Assembly: GCA_012520395.1 (NCBI GenBank)
Contig: JAAYOL010000016.1
Span: forward strand, 517 to 64,516
Origin: Clostridiales bacterium
GTDB lineage: Bacteria > Bacillota > Clostridia > Oscillospirales > Oscillospiraceae
DNA length: 64,000 nt
Direction of reading: 5' to 3'
The notes under the pieces: generated by a model
Database searches by the model: none
What the model saw: the letters and a program-made list of their open reading frames with translations, nothing else
What the model was told of the DNA's origin: nothing
Position numbers and translations under genes: made by a program
Shown: positions 28,733-37,315 of the stretch, piece after piece
Layout of the letters: each line of letters begins with the position of its first letter
Position numbering within the stretch: position 1 is the stretch's first letter

Positions 28733-29307
28733 GGGGCTTTTACAAGCTGTGGTGCATATTGGTATATCCATTTTTCCGCATCGTATATAAAATTAACACC
28801 ACGGGTCGTGAGAATATTCCCAAAGGGCCGGCGCTTGTATGCGCAAACCATTCGGCCTACAGCGACCCTGTGATACTCGCTTACGCGTTTGGGATGAACA
28901 ACTTCATGCGTTTCATGGCCAAGATTGAGCTGATGCGCATCCCTGTTCTGGGCTATCTTCTGAAGATAGCGGGAATATTTGGCGTTGATAGAGGGAACTC
29001 TGATGTTAATGCTGTCAAGACTGCGATGAAAACGCTCAAGAGCGGAGACAAGGTCGCAATGTTTCCGGAAGGTACGCGGGTGGGGGATAGCGAGGACACC
29101 TCTGCAAAGACCGGCGCCATTATGATTGCAGCCAGAACGGGAGTGCCTATCGTCCCGGTGTATATTCCTCGCAGAAAGAAGCCCTTCAGTAGCGTCCATG
29201 TGGTAATAGGTGAGCCATACATGATTGAAAAGGTCAGAGGTAAATCGGAAGTCTATTCCGCTTATGCCGATGAACTTATGAGAAAGATTGAGGCGCTGAA
29301 GCCATGA
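28729..29307 (+). CDS. plsC: 1-acyl-sn-glycerol-3-phosphate acyltransferase
   Basis: NHSAYSDP (HX4D) and FPEGTR motifs. 192 aa. Confidence 0.88.
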   Translation: MRGFYKLWCILVYPFFRIVYKINTTGRENIPKGPALVCANHSAYSDPVILAYAFGMNNFMRFMAKIELMRIPVLGYLLKIAGIFGVDRGNSDVNAVKTAMKTLKSGDKVAMFPEGTRVGDSEDTSAKTGAIMIAARTGVPIVPVYIPRRKKPFSSVHVVIGEPYMIEKVRGKSEVYSAYADELMRKIEALKP

Positions 29308-31340
29308 AGCTAATTTACGCGAAAACGGCCGGTTTCTGTTACGGCGTAGAAAGGGCAGTTGAGCTTGCTGAAAAGGCTGCCGAGGGGGGAGCGTGTTATA
29401 CTCTCGGCCCCCTTATTCACAATGAGCAGGCAGTTTCCAAGCTGAGAGAAGAGGGCGTGCGGGAGGCTGCCAGTACGGACGACATACCTGACGGTGCTAT
29501 AGTAATTATCCGCTCCCACGGGGCGACAGAGAAGGACATCGTTGCCCTTCGGGAAAAGGGCTGTGAAATAATAGATGCAACTTGTCCCAACGTATCGAGG
29601 ATACACAAGATTGTGAAGGATGCCTGCCAGAAAGGCAGAACGCCTATTGTCATCGGGAGTGACAGCCATCCGGAGGTCGTCGCAATCTGCGGCTGGTGCG
29701 AGGGCGCGCTAGTCTTTAAAAATTCATCTGAGCTTGAAAACTGGCTCAACTCTGCGCCGGAAAACAGAGATATTGCGCTGTCGGTTGTATATCAGACCAC
29801 CGAGACCCAGGCGAACGTGGACAATTGCAACAATTTAATAAAAAAAGAGTGTACAAACTACGAATTATTTGATACAATATGCGGAGCAACGTCTATGCGG
29901 CAGGGCGAAGCGGCCAAGCTTTCCGAGATTTGTGATGCAATTGTTGTAATTGGTGGCAAATCGAGCGCCAACAGTCTGCGACTTTCTGAGATATGTGCGG
30001 AGAAATGCCCGCAGGTTTTATTTATTGAAACTGCTTCTCAGTTGGATGTGGACAAGCTCAGGAATGCCAAGACTGTCGGGGTTACGGCGGGGGCTTCAAC
30101 GCCCGCATGGATAATTAAGGAGGTTTACAACAAGATGGCGGAAGAAATCAAGGGCTTGGATGTCATCTCCGAGGCGGCGGAGGGCAAGACTGAGGATATG
30201 GAGACCAGTTTTGCGGAGCTTTTGGAACAGAATCTAAAAACTTTAAGTACAGGAGATAAGGTAACCGGTGTTGTTGTTGGCATTTCCCCAACTGAGATAT
30301 CGGTCGATCTGGGTACGAAGCATTCGGCATACATACCCCTTTCAGAGTTCTCCGACGATCCCGATGTTAAACTTGAAGATGTTGTAACGGCCGGAATGGA
30401 AATTGAGGCCTTTGTAATACGCGTCAATGATGTTGAGGGCACGATAATGCTCTCTAAAAAACGTCTTGACGCAGCTAAAGGTTGGGAAGTGGTTGAAGAG
30501 GCCAGAGAGAACAGAACAACCATGGAAGGCATAGTTACGGAAGAGAACAAGGGCGGAGTAGTCGTTTCTATAAAGGGCGTGCGGGTATTCGTGCCCGCCT
30601 CACAGTCCGGACTTCCGAAGGATGCTCCCATGTCAGAGCTTCTGAAGAAGAATGTCAAGCTCCGTATTACGGAGGTCAATCGTTCACGTCGCAGAGTCGT
30701 TGGTTCCATAAGAGCCGTTCAATTTGAAGAGCGCAAGGCGGCCGCGGAGAAGATTTGGCAGGAGATTGAAGTAGGGGACAAGTTTAGCGGCGTTGTCAAG
30801 TCCCTAACCTCCTACGGTGCCTTTGTAGATATCGGTGGCATCGACGGTATGGTCCATGTCTCCGAACTTGGATGGAGACGTGTCAGGAACCCAGCCGAAG
30901 CTGTTAGCGTCGGTGATAAGCTGGACGTCACCGTACTTTCCTTTGACAAGGAAAAGAAAAGAATTTCGCTCACATGCAAGGATCCCAGTGAAAATCCCTG
31001 GGAGAAGTTTATTAATACCTATGAGGTAGGAAGCGTCGCCAAGGTAAGAATTGTAAAGCTGATGGATTTCGGCGCCTTTGCCGAAATCATACCCGGTGTT
31101 GACGGGCTTATCCACATATCTCAGATAGCTGATCGCAGAATAGGCAAGACTTCTGAGGTTCTGCAGGAAGGCCAGGAGGTCGACGCTAAAATTACCCAGA
31201 TAGACACTGAGAACAAGAAGGTTTCTCTCAGCATCCGTGCACTGCTGGAGCCTGATGCCGTTCCCGAACCACAAGTGGCGGATGATTCTGCCGACACCAT
31301 TGTCTACGATACGGACAATCCCATCACTGAAGAAGAATAA
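29304..31340 (+). CDS. ispH: Fusion protein: 4-hydroxy-3-methylbut-2-enyl diphosphate reductase (IspH) + four S1 RNA-binding domains (ribosomal protein S1-like)
   Basis: N-terminal 280 aa is IspH-like (AGFCYGVERAV, HNEQ, GSDSHPEV, GGKSSANS). The C-terminal 390 aa carries repeated S1 motifs (G.V..I...G..VDLG, GMVHVSEL, GLIHISQI). Confidence 0.9.
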   Translation: MKLIYAKTAGFCYGVERAVELAEKAAEGGACYTLGPLIHNEQAVSKLREEGVREAASTDDIPDGAIVIIRSHGATEKDIVALREKGCEIIDATCPNVSRIHKIVKDACQKGRTPIVIGSDSHPEVVAICGWCEGALVFKNSSELENWLNSAPENRDIALSVVYQTTETQANVDNCNNLIKKECTNYELFDTICGATSMRQGEAAKLSEICDAIVVIGGKSSANSLRLSEICAEKCPQVLFIETASQLDVDKLRNAKTVGVTAGASTPAWIIKEVYNKMAEEIKGLDVISEAAEGKTEDMETSFAELLEQNLKTLSTGDKVTGVVVGISPTEISVDLGTKHSAYIPLSEFSDDPDVKLEDVVTAGMEIEAFVIRVNDVEGTIMLSKKRLDAAKGWEVVEEARENRTTMEGIVTEENKGGVVVSIKGVRVFVPASQSGLPKDAPMSELLKKNVKLRITEVNRSRRRVVGSIRAVQFEERKAAAEKIWQEIEVGDKFSGVVKSLTSYGAFVDIGGIDGMVHVSELGWRRVRNPAEAVSVGDKLDVTVLSFDKEKKRISLTCKDPSENPWEKFINTYEVGSVAKVRIVKLMDFGAFAEIIPGVDGLIHISQIADRRIGKTSEVLQEGQEVDAKITQIDTENKKVSLSIRALLEPDAVPEPQVADDSADTIVYDTDNPITEEE

Positions 31341-31370
31341 GTAAATCTTATTTCTTTATAACAGAAACAA

Positions 31371-31398
31371 AGCCTGACACCTTTATTGGTGTCAGGCT
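31371..31398. terminator. 11-bp hairpin after ispH-S1 (possibly bidirectional)
   Basis: AGCCTGACACC-TTTATT-GGTGTCAGGCT. T-rich flank on the minus-strand side, weak U-tract on the plus side. Confidence 0.55.
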
Positions 31399-31571
31399 AG
31401 TTAATTTCAATTATCTGGCCATACGTAAATAGTAAAACCTCTGCGTTTCAGCTCAGTATAAAACTGCCATACTATCATAGAATATTCCGGACTGAGCGTA
31501 GAGCCGGCATCAATTTCGGTACACTTTGCAAAAATCTGTGTGCGAAAAGGAGGTCGGAGACGCCGGATTAA

Positions 31572-32066
31572 TCAGGAAGTGGGCTGGGTATTGTTCTCAT
31601 TAAGACCGTGCATAAACCCATCAAGCGCAGTTGACTGGACATTGCCGGCGATGACAGTATTCCGATAAACTATGATGTCTGCTACTATCCCTTTTTCCCC
31701 CGTAGGATAGTTTAATATTTCATATGTATAGCGCTTTGCCTCCATTCCGCCGTAGTTTTTCAGTTCAAACCCCTGTGTCTCCTGTAACTCTATATAGTTG
31801 GCGTATACACCGGTAAACTCGCGAGGGATGACAATTTCCTGCTCATCAACCGGATTTTCACTGACCTCCCAGCCAAAGGACCTCAGATATTTTACCCTGT
31901 CATCGTTAGTTTTTATGCCCGTAGCTTGAACGGCTCTGGCCGCCGGCTCGGCTTTATCTCTGTCAAGATATCCTGCGACCAGAATTATGGCGCACAGAAT
32001 GACCGCCAGTGCGATTACTATCGCAACGGCTCTTTTGCGGTTAAATTTGGCGGTAAAAATAAACAT
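31572..32066 (-). CDS. DUF4830-type membrane-anchored protein
   Basis: 164 aa. N-terminal TM anchor, then the LRSFGWEV...IPREF...YANYIELQ..QGF pattern I associate with DUF4830. SD GGGAGGG. Confidence 0.6.
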   Translation of the reverse strand: MFIFTAKFNRKRAVAIVIALAVILCAIILVAGYLDRDKAEPAARAVQATGIKTNDDRVKYLRSFGWEVSENPVDEQEIVIPREFTGVYANYIELQETQGFELKNYGGMEAKRYTYEILNYPTGEKGIVADIIVYRNTVIAGNVQSTALDGFMHGLNENNTQPTS

Positions 32067-32263
32067 GATATCCCTCCCGACGATGATGGTACAGCCTATT
32101 CAGTTTCGGACAATTTTATGTTAAAATATGGCCGAGCGTCCACATAAATAATTAGGCAGGCGGCATGGCTATATGGCCTGCCCCCGGCCTGATATGCTTG
32201 GAGATGCCCTAGTCGCACATAGCTATGTCCATAACTATATTTAGCCAAAAGGGGGGTCTTATC

Positions 32264-33004
32264 TTGTCACTTTTGCGCCTTGATAAAATCATATCAGATA
32301 TGGGTTTTGCCTCACGCCGTGATGTAAAAACGCTGATAAAAAACGGCCGAGTGCTTCTAAACGGCAGCCCGGCACCTTCCGGTGATATTAAATGCGACCC
32401 CTATAAATCGATTATTGAGGTTAAGGGTGAGAGACTGATTTACAGGCAGTACCGCTATATAATGATGAACAAGCCCGCGGGCTACATCTGCGCGGCGCGG
32501 GACAGCAGGGAAAGGACCGTTATGGAGCTGCTTGACGAGCGCTCAAAACGTCAGAAGCTCTTTACCGTCGGCCGGCTTGATAAGGACACGGAGGGACTTC
32601 TTATAATAACTAATGACGGCGACTACGCCCACAAAATCATATCCCCGAAAAGCAATATAATTAAGAGATATTACGCAAAGGTAGCAGGCGAGCTGGGGCC
32701 GGAAGACATTCTGAAGGTCAGGTCCGGCCTTGTGTTGGGCGATGGAACCAGGTGCCTGCCTGCCGAGCTTGTTATTCTTTCTTCCGCTGTGGAAAGCGAA
32801 TGTGAAATAGCAATATCCGAGGGCAAATATCACCAGGTAAAGCGTATGCTGGCAAGCCTAGGCAAGCCCGTGACATACTTAAAGCGCCTATCAATTGGAG
32901 GCCTGATGCTCGATGATTCGTTGGATTTGGGCGCTTCAAGGGAGCTTACGGAAGAGGAGAGAGCGCTTACGCTCCTGTCTGCATTAAACGGGCAAATTAA
33001 CTAA
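32264..33004 (+). CDS. rsuA: 16S rRNA pseudouridine synthase RsuA-like
   Basis: S4 domain (RLDKIISDMGFASRRD) and VGRLDKDTEGLLIITNDG. TTG 32264 lies 7 nt after AAAAGGGGGG and is preferred to ATG 32225. Confidence 0.85.
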   Translation: MSLLRLDKIISDMGFASRRDVKTLIKNGRVLLNGSPAPSGDIKCDPYKSIIEVKGERLIYRQYRYIMMNKPAGYICAARDSRERTVMELLDERSKRQKLFTVGRLDKDTEGLLIITNDGDYAHKIISPKSNIIKRYYAKVAGELGPEDILKVRSGLVLGDGTRCLPAELVILSSAVESECEIAISEGKYHQVKRMLASLGKPVTYLKRLSIGGLMLDDSLDLGASRELTEEERALTLLSALNGQIN

Positions 33005-33096
33005 ATGGCACTGCTTAGCTTTGGTCAATACTGAGAATATACTTATGACAGACAATGTGGTATTATTTAATTAAACAAATAGAGTGGAGGTGCAAA

Positions 33097-34203
33097 ATGT
33101 CGAGCGTTATTATTAAAGGTCTCTACAAAAAGTATGAGAACGGTACTGTGGCTGTATCAAACTTTAACGCGGATATTTCGGAAAAAGAATTCTTTGTGAT
33201 TCTGGGACCCTCCGGATGCGGGAAATCCACCCTTATAAGAATGATAGCCGGTCTTGAGGATATCACTGAGGGTGATATCCTTATCAACGATATCTCAGTT
33301 CATTCTGTACCTCCGAAAAGCAGGGGTGTTGCGCTTGTGCTTAAAAACCAAACGCTGTATCCCAATATGAGCGTATATGAAAACCTGGAATTTGGCCTCA
33401 GGCTGCGCAAAATCCCCAAGGAAGAAATTGAGCGGCGCATAGAGCAGGTTGTCGGGATTTTGGATATAGGTGCGATACTCGACCGAAAGACGGCCGCGCT
33501 TTCGGGCGGTCAGCGGCTTCGTATCGCCATGGGCAGGGCGATAGTCCAGGACCCAAAGGTTTTCCTGCTGGACGAGCCTCTTTTGAATCTTGATGCAAAG
33601 CTCAGAGCTTTAATGAGATCGGAGCTAAAGACGCTTCACCGTACGCTCGGGAAGACTGTCATATATGTAACGCATGATCAGGCCGAGGCAATGGAGCTCG
33701 GCTCGCGCATCCTTGTTATGCGAAACGGGTCAGTACAACAGACGGGTACTTACCAGGAGCTTTATGACAGCCCGGTCAACCTCTTTGTAGCAAAATTTAT
33801 AGGCAGCCCCCAGATGAACACATGCGAGGCGGAGCTTTTTTCTAATGAGGGCAGGCTGTGGCTTCGCTTCGGGAAAGGTTACGAAATTGCCCTTCCGGAC
33901 ACCCCGGACACCGCTGGATTGATTAAGTATTCGGGGAAAAAGCTTCTTATGGGCATACGTCCGACGGACATCTTGCTCGTCAGCGGGAACGAAGAAAAAG
34001 ACCATTCGGCCATCTCAATGACCGTTGAGAGCGTAGAGCTTTTGGGTACGCATGTGAACCTTCGTCTCAGCGGTGAAGGGGTGGGCTTTATGGTAAGCTC
34101 CCCGATTACAACCAGGGCAAAGGCCGGAGATGACCTTAAGGTTTACCTGAACAGCGAAAAAATACACATCTTTGACAGCGATTCCGAGCGGAGAATAAAC
34201 TAA
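33097..34203 (+). CDS. Orphan sugar-type ABC transporter ATP-binding protein (MalK/MsmX/UgpC-like)
   Basis: GPSGCGKST, LSGGQRLRIAMGRA, LLDEPLLNLDA, YVTHDQ, plus a C-terminal regulatory/TOBE-like domain. No permease or binding-protein gene adjacent. Confidence 0.88.
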   Translation: MSSVIIKGLYKKYENGTVAVSNFNADISEKEFFVILGPSGCGKSTLIRMIAGLEDITEGDILINDISVHSVPPKSRGVALVLKNQTLYPNMSVYENLEFGLRLRKIPKEEIERRIEQVVGILDIGAILDRKTAALSGGQRLRIAMGRAIVQDPKVFLLDEPLLNLDAKLRALMRSELKTLHRTLGKTVIYVTHDQAEAMELGSRILVMRNGSVQQTGTYQELYDSPVNLFVAKFIGSPQMNTCEAELFSNEGRLWLRFGKGYEIALPDTPDTAGLIKYSGKKLLMGIRPTDILLVSGNEEKDHSAISMTVESVELLGTHVNLRLSGEGVGFMVSSPITTRAKAGDDLKVYLNSEKIHIFDSDSERRIN

Positions 34204-34224
34204 TAAATGTACTCGTCATTTCGA

Positions 34225-34259
34225 CAACGGCCGGCCTCTTACCGGCCGTTGAGCTTTTT
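34225..34259 (+). terminator. Rho-independent terminator after the ABC ATPase
   Basis: CAACGGCCGG-CCTCTTA-CCGGCCGTTG followed by AGCTTTTT. Confidence 0.8.
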
Positions 34260-34525
34260 AGAAAGCTGCTTCAGTCAAATAGCTTTGCTTGATTTCCTGC
34301 TATGCGTGACGGGAAAAACTAAAACTGTCCGGGTAAATGCGCCTCGGAAACGATACCTTTTATGGCGCTTACCATGCTGCAGCAGTCATGAGAACCCTTG
34401 TCAAAAAAGCCAAAAGGACTTTTCAACGGTCTGAGCGGCAGGCACCATACCGACTGTTTACATTAAAAAAATCCGAATTCCACGCAAAATATCAAAGAAT
34501 TTACAAATTAAATTACAATTTTATA

Positions 34526-34554
34526 TTGAAAAATACCAAGAAACAGGTTATTAT
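34526..34554 (+). promoter_or_regulatory. Sigma-A-like promoter upstream of the CdaR-like regulator (TTGAAA-17-TATTAT)
   Basis: TTGAAA 34526-34531, 17-nt spacer, TATTAT 34549-34554. Confidence 0.45.
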
Positions 34555-34620
34555 GTAATGTGTGCAACTTGACCAAATAAGTTATGTGCGATTCGTGTCA
34601 GTCAGAGGGAGGACATTGTT

Positions 34621-35709
34621 ATGTCGGGAAGGATATTCCAAAGCGTTATAGTTCAGATGAAGGAAGCGACCAACAGGGTCATCGGGGTTATAGATTTCGA
34701 TGGCGGAGTAGTTGCCTGTAGTGAGCTTTCGCTGGTAGGGACTAAGCTTGGCCAACTGTCGGCTATGCTTGGTGAGAATAAGGATCAAATTATTGTTGCA
34801 GCGGGCAAGACAATTAAGCTGCTAAGCGGCTGGAACAACATCTATGATTATGCCGTTTTCGTTGACGGGGAGGACAGTGAGGCGAAATGCATCTGCATCA
34901 TGGCCTCTATCGCCTTTAATGAGGCCAAGATCTGCAATGAAGTAAAATACGACAAGAGCACTTTTGTGAAAAATATACTTTTCGACAATATACTTCCGGG
35001 CGATATATTTGTCCGCGCTAAGGAACTAAAATTTGATATGGACGTCTCAAGAGCGGTGTTCCTTATTCGCCAGATTGAAAAATCCGATATTTCAGCCCTT
35101 GAGGTGATACAGAATCTTTTCCCCGACAGGCAGAGGGACTTTATTGTGAGCACGAGTGAGACGGATATCGTACTTGTAAAAGAGGTCCCGGTGGATGTTG
35201 AGTCCGAAGATTTGCAAAAGATTGCCATGCACATAGAAAACACCATAAGCACTGAGCTGTTTATCAGGACGGTTATAGGAATAGGCTCCGTATCCAAGCA
35301 TCTGAGGTCTCTGGCCGAGAGATACAAGGAGGCCCAGGTTGCAATAGAGGTTGGTAAGGTATTTGACACCGAAAAAACTATAATTAGCTATGAAAATCTA
35401 GGAATCGGCCGTATCATATATCAGCTGCCAACTACGCTCTGCGAAATGTTCCTGGCCGAAGTATTTAAAAAGAACCCGATTGACGCGCTCGACCACGAGA
35501 CACTATACACAATCAGGAAGTTCTTCGAAAACAACCTAAACGTTTCAGAGACCTCCAGGAAACTGTTCGTACACAGGAATACTCTGGTATACAGGCTTGA
35601 GAAGATAAAGAAGCTCACCGGCCTGGACCTTCGTGAATTTGACCATGCCATAGTATTCAAGGTGGCCCTGATGGTTAACAAGTATCTCAATTCTCAGGGC
35701 GGTAAGTAG
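34621..35709 (+). CDS. CdaR/PucR-family transcriptional regulator (sugar-diacid-recognition-like N-domain + PucR HTH)
   Basis: The N-terminus (IVQMKEATNRVIGVIDFDGGVVACSE) resembles the Diacid_rec domain. The C-terminus SETSRKLFVHRNTLVYRLEKIKKLTGLDL is the PucR-type HTH. Confidence 0.8.
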   Translation: MSGRIFQSVIVQMKEATNRVIGVIDFDGGVVACSELSLVGTKLGQLSAMLGENKDQIIVAAGKTIKLLSGWNNIYDYAVFVDGEDSEAKCICIMASIAFNEAKICNEVKYDKSTFVKNILFDNILPGDIFVRAKELKFDMDVSRAVFLIRQIEKSDISALEVIQNLFPDRQRDFIVSTSETDIVLVKEVPVDVESEDLQKIAMHIENTISTELFIRTVIGIGSVSKHLRSLAERYKEAQVAIEVGKVFDTEKTIISYENLGIGRIIYQLPTTLCEMFLAEVFKKNPIDALDHETLYTIRKFFENNLNVSETSRKLFVHRNTLVYRLEKIKKLTGLDLREFDHAIVFKVALMVNKYLNSQGGK

Positions 35710-35734
35710 ATTATCCCATTGGAGGTTTTTATCC

Positions 35735-36421
35735 ATGGTTCGCATGACAAATGTTTGCAAAGCATACGAAAACGGCACTAAAGCACTTAAAGGTATAACA
35801 GCCACTATTGATGACGGCGAGTTCGTTTTTCTGGTAGGCCCCTCCGGTTCGGGGAAGTCGACTATAATTAAGCTCATCACAGGTGAGATAGCTCCTACTG
35901 TCGGTAGCGTCATTGTCAACGGATACGATATGGAGACCATCAAGCCCTCTCAAATGCCCATGCTCAGACGTACACTAGGTGTCGTTTTTCAGGACTTCAG
36001 GCTTATCGAAAACAAAAACGTCTATGACAATGTAGCCTTCGCTATGCGCGTTATAGGCGCGTCGAGCAAGGAAATCAAACGCCGCGTCCCCTATGTATTG
36101 GAGCTTGTCGGCCTTGATACGAGAACGAGGAGAAAACCGGAAGAGCTCTCCGGAGGCGAACAGCAGCGGGTCGCCATCGCAAGGGCGCTGGTCAATAATC
36201 CCAGACTAATAATATCGGACGAGCCCACCGGAAACCTTGACCCCGCGCGTAGCCTAGAAATCATGATGCTTCTTGATAGAATAAACAAGCTTGGGACAAC
36301 AGTGCTCGTCGTTACGCACGAAAAGGAGCTTGTAAACCGTTTTTCAAAACGGGTCATAGCCATAGACGGCGGAAAAGTTATCAGCGACGGAATGGACGGG
36401 TACTACAATTATGAATCGTAA
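35735..36421 (+). CDS. ftsE: Cell division ATP-binding protein FtsE
   Basis: GPSGSGKST, LSGGEQQRVAIARAL, ISDEPTGNLD. 228 aa. Followed by ftsX. Confidence 0.93.
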   Translation: MVRMTNVCKAYENGTKALKGITATIDDGEFVFLVGPSGSGKSTIIKLITGEIAPTVGSVIVNGYDMETIKPSQMPMLRRTLGVVFQDFRLIENKNVYDNVAFAMRVIGASSKEIKRRVPYVLELVGLDTRTRRKPEELSGGEQQRVAIARALVNNPRLIISDEPTGNLDPARSLEIMMLLDRINKLGTTVLVVTHEKELVNRFSKRVIAIDGGKVISDGMDGYYNYES

Positions 36422-37304
36422 CAGGATAGGATACTTTTTTCGGGAAGGATTGGGCAGTATTTTTTCCCATGGCTTTATGTCGTTTGCCTCTGTATGCGTC
36501 ATCGTAGCCTGCCTCATAATAATGGGCAGCTTTACGCTGTTGGTGCTAAATGTAAACAACATGATAAAGCAATGGGAGTCGGAAAATCAGGTAATCGCCT
36601 TCGTAGACGAGGCACTCACGGACGAGCAGGCCAAAGCGCTCGAGACCCAACTGGAGTCCCTGGAAAACGTAACTGAGGCGATATTCGTCTCAAGGGACGA
36701 CGCGCTCGCCAAATATCTCTCCAGCTTTGATCCGGATGAAAACGACCTGTTTTCCGATTTGGAGCCAACGGTGCTCCGCCATAGATATATGGTCTATCTG
36801 GAAGATATAGAGCATATGGCCGACACACAAATCAGGCTAAACGAAATCAACGGCATTGCAAAGGTCAACGCCCATCTTGAGATTTCTGAGGGATTTGTGA
36901 CAGTCAGTCGCATAGTGGGGCTGGTTTCGCTGTCAATCATCTTAATTCTACTTATAGTCTCCATGTTTATAATGGCAAACACAATTAAGCTTACCACCTT
37001 CGACAGGAAGGAAGAAATTGCAATAATGAAAATGGTCGGCGCGACCAACGGCTTTATCAGGTGGCCGTTTGTGTTTGAGGGCCTTCTGCTAGGGCTCTTC
37101 GGTTCGCTGATTGCATTTTTAGTCCAGTGGGGTATATATGAAGTCGTAGTTACTCAAATCGGCAAGTCGTCTGCCATGCAGCTTATTCAGGCGCTTTCCT
37201 TCGGGAAAATAGCGCTTCCACTGCTTGGAATTTTCGTGGCAACCGGCTTTATAGTGGGCATTGGTGGCAGCCTAACTGTTATTCGCAAATATCTTAAGGT
37301 CTGA
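36411..37304 (+). CDS. ftsX: Cell division permease-like protein FtsX
   Basis: 297 aa. One TM, a large extracytoplasmic loop, then three TMs, with the C-terminal FtsX-like motif MKMVGATNGFIRWPF. Confidence 0.9.
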   Translation: MNRNRIGYFFREGLGSIFSHGFMSFASVCVIVACLIIMGSFTLLVLNVNNMIKQWESENQVIAFVDEALTDEQAKALETQLESLENVTEAIFVSRDDALAKYLSSFDPDENDLFSDLEPTVLRHRYMVYLEDIEHMADTQIRLNEINGIAKVNAHLEISEGFVTVSRIVGLVSLSIILILLIVSMFIMANTIKLTTFDRKEEIAIMKMVGATNGFIRWPFVFEGLLLGLFGSLIAFLVQWGIYEVVVTQIGKSSAMQLIQALSFGKIALPLLGIFVATGFIVGIGGSLTVIRKYLKV

Positions 37305-37315
37305 CGGAGGTTATA

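Noticed and set aside
34207-34558. Two overlapping ORFs (75 and 73 aa) in the long spacer before the CdaR-like gene.
   Set aside because: The first spans an intrinsic terminator. Neither has a ribosome-binding site, and both are Arg/Cys/Ser/Lys-rich with no recognisable motif.
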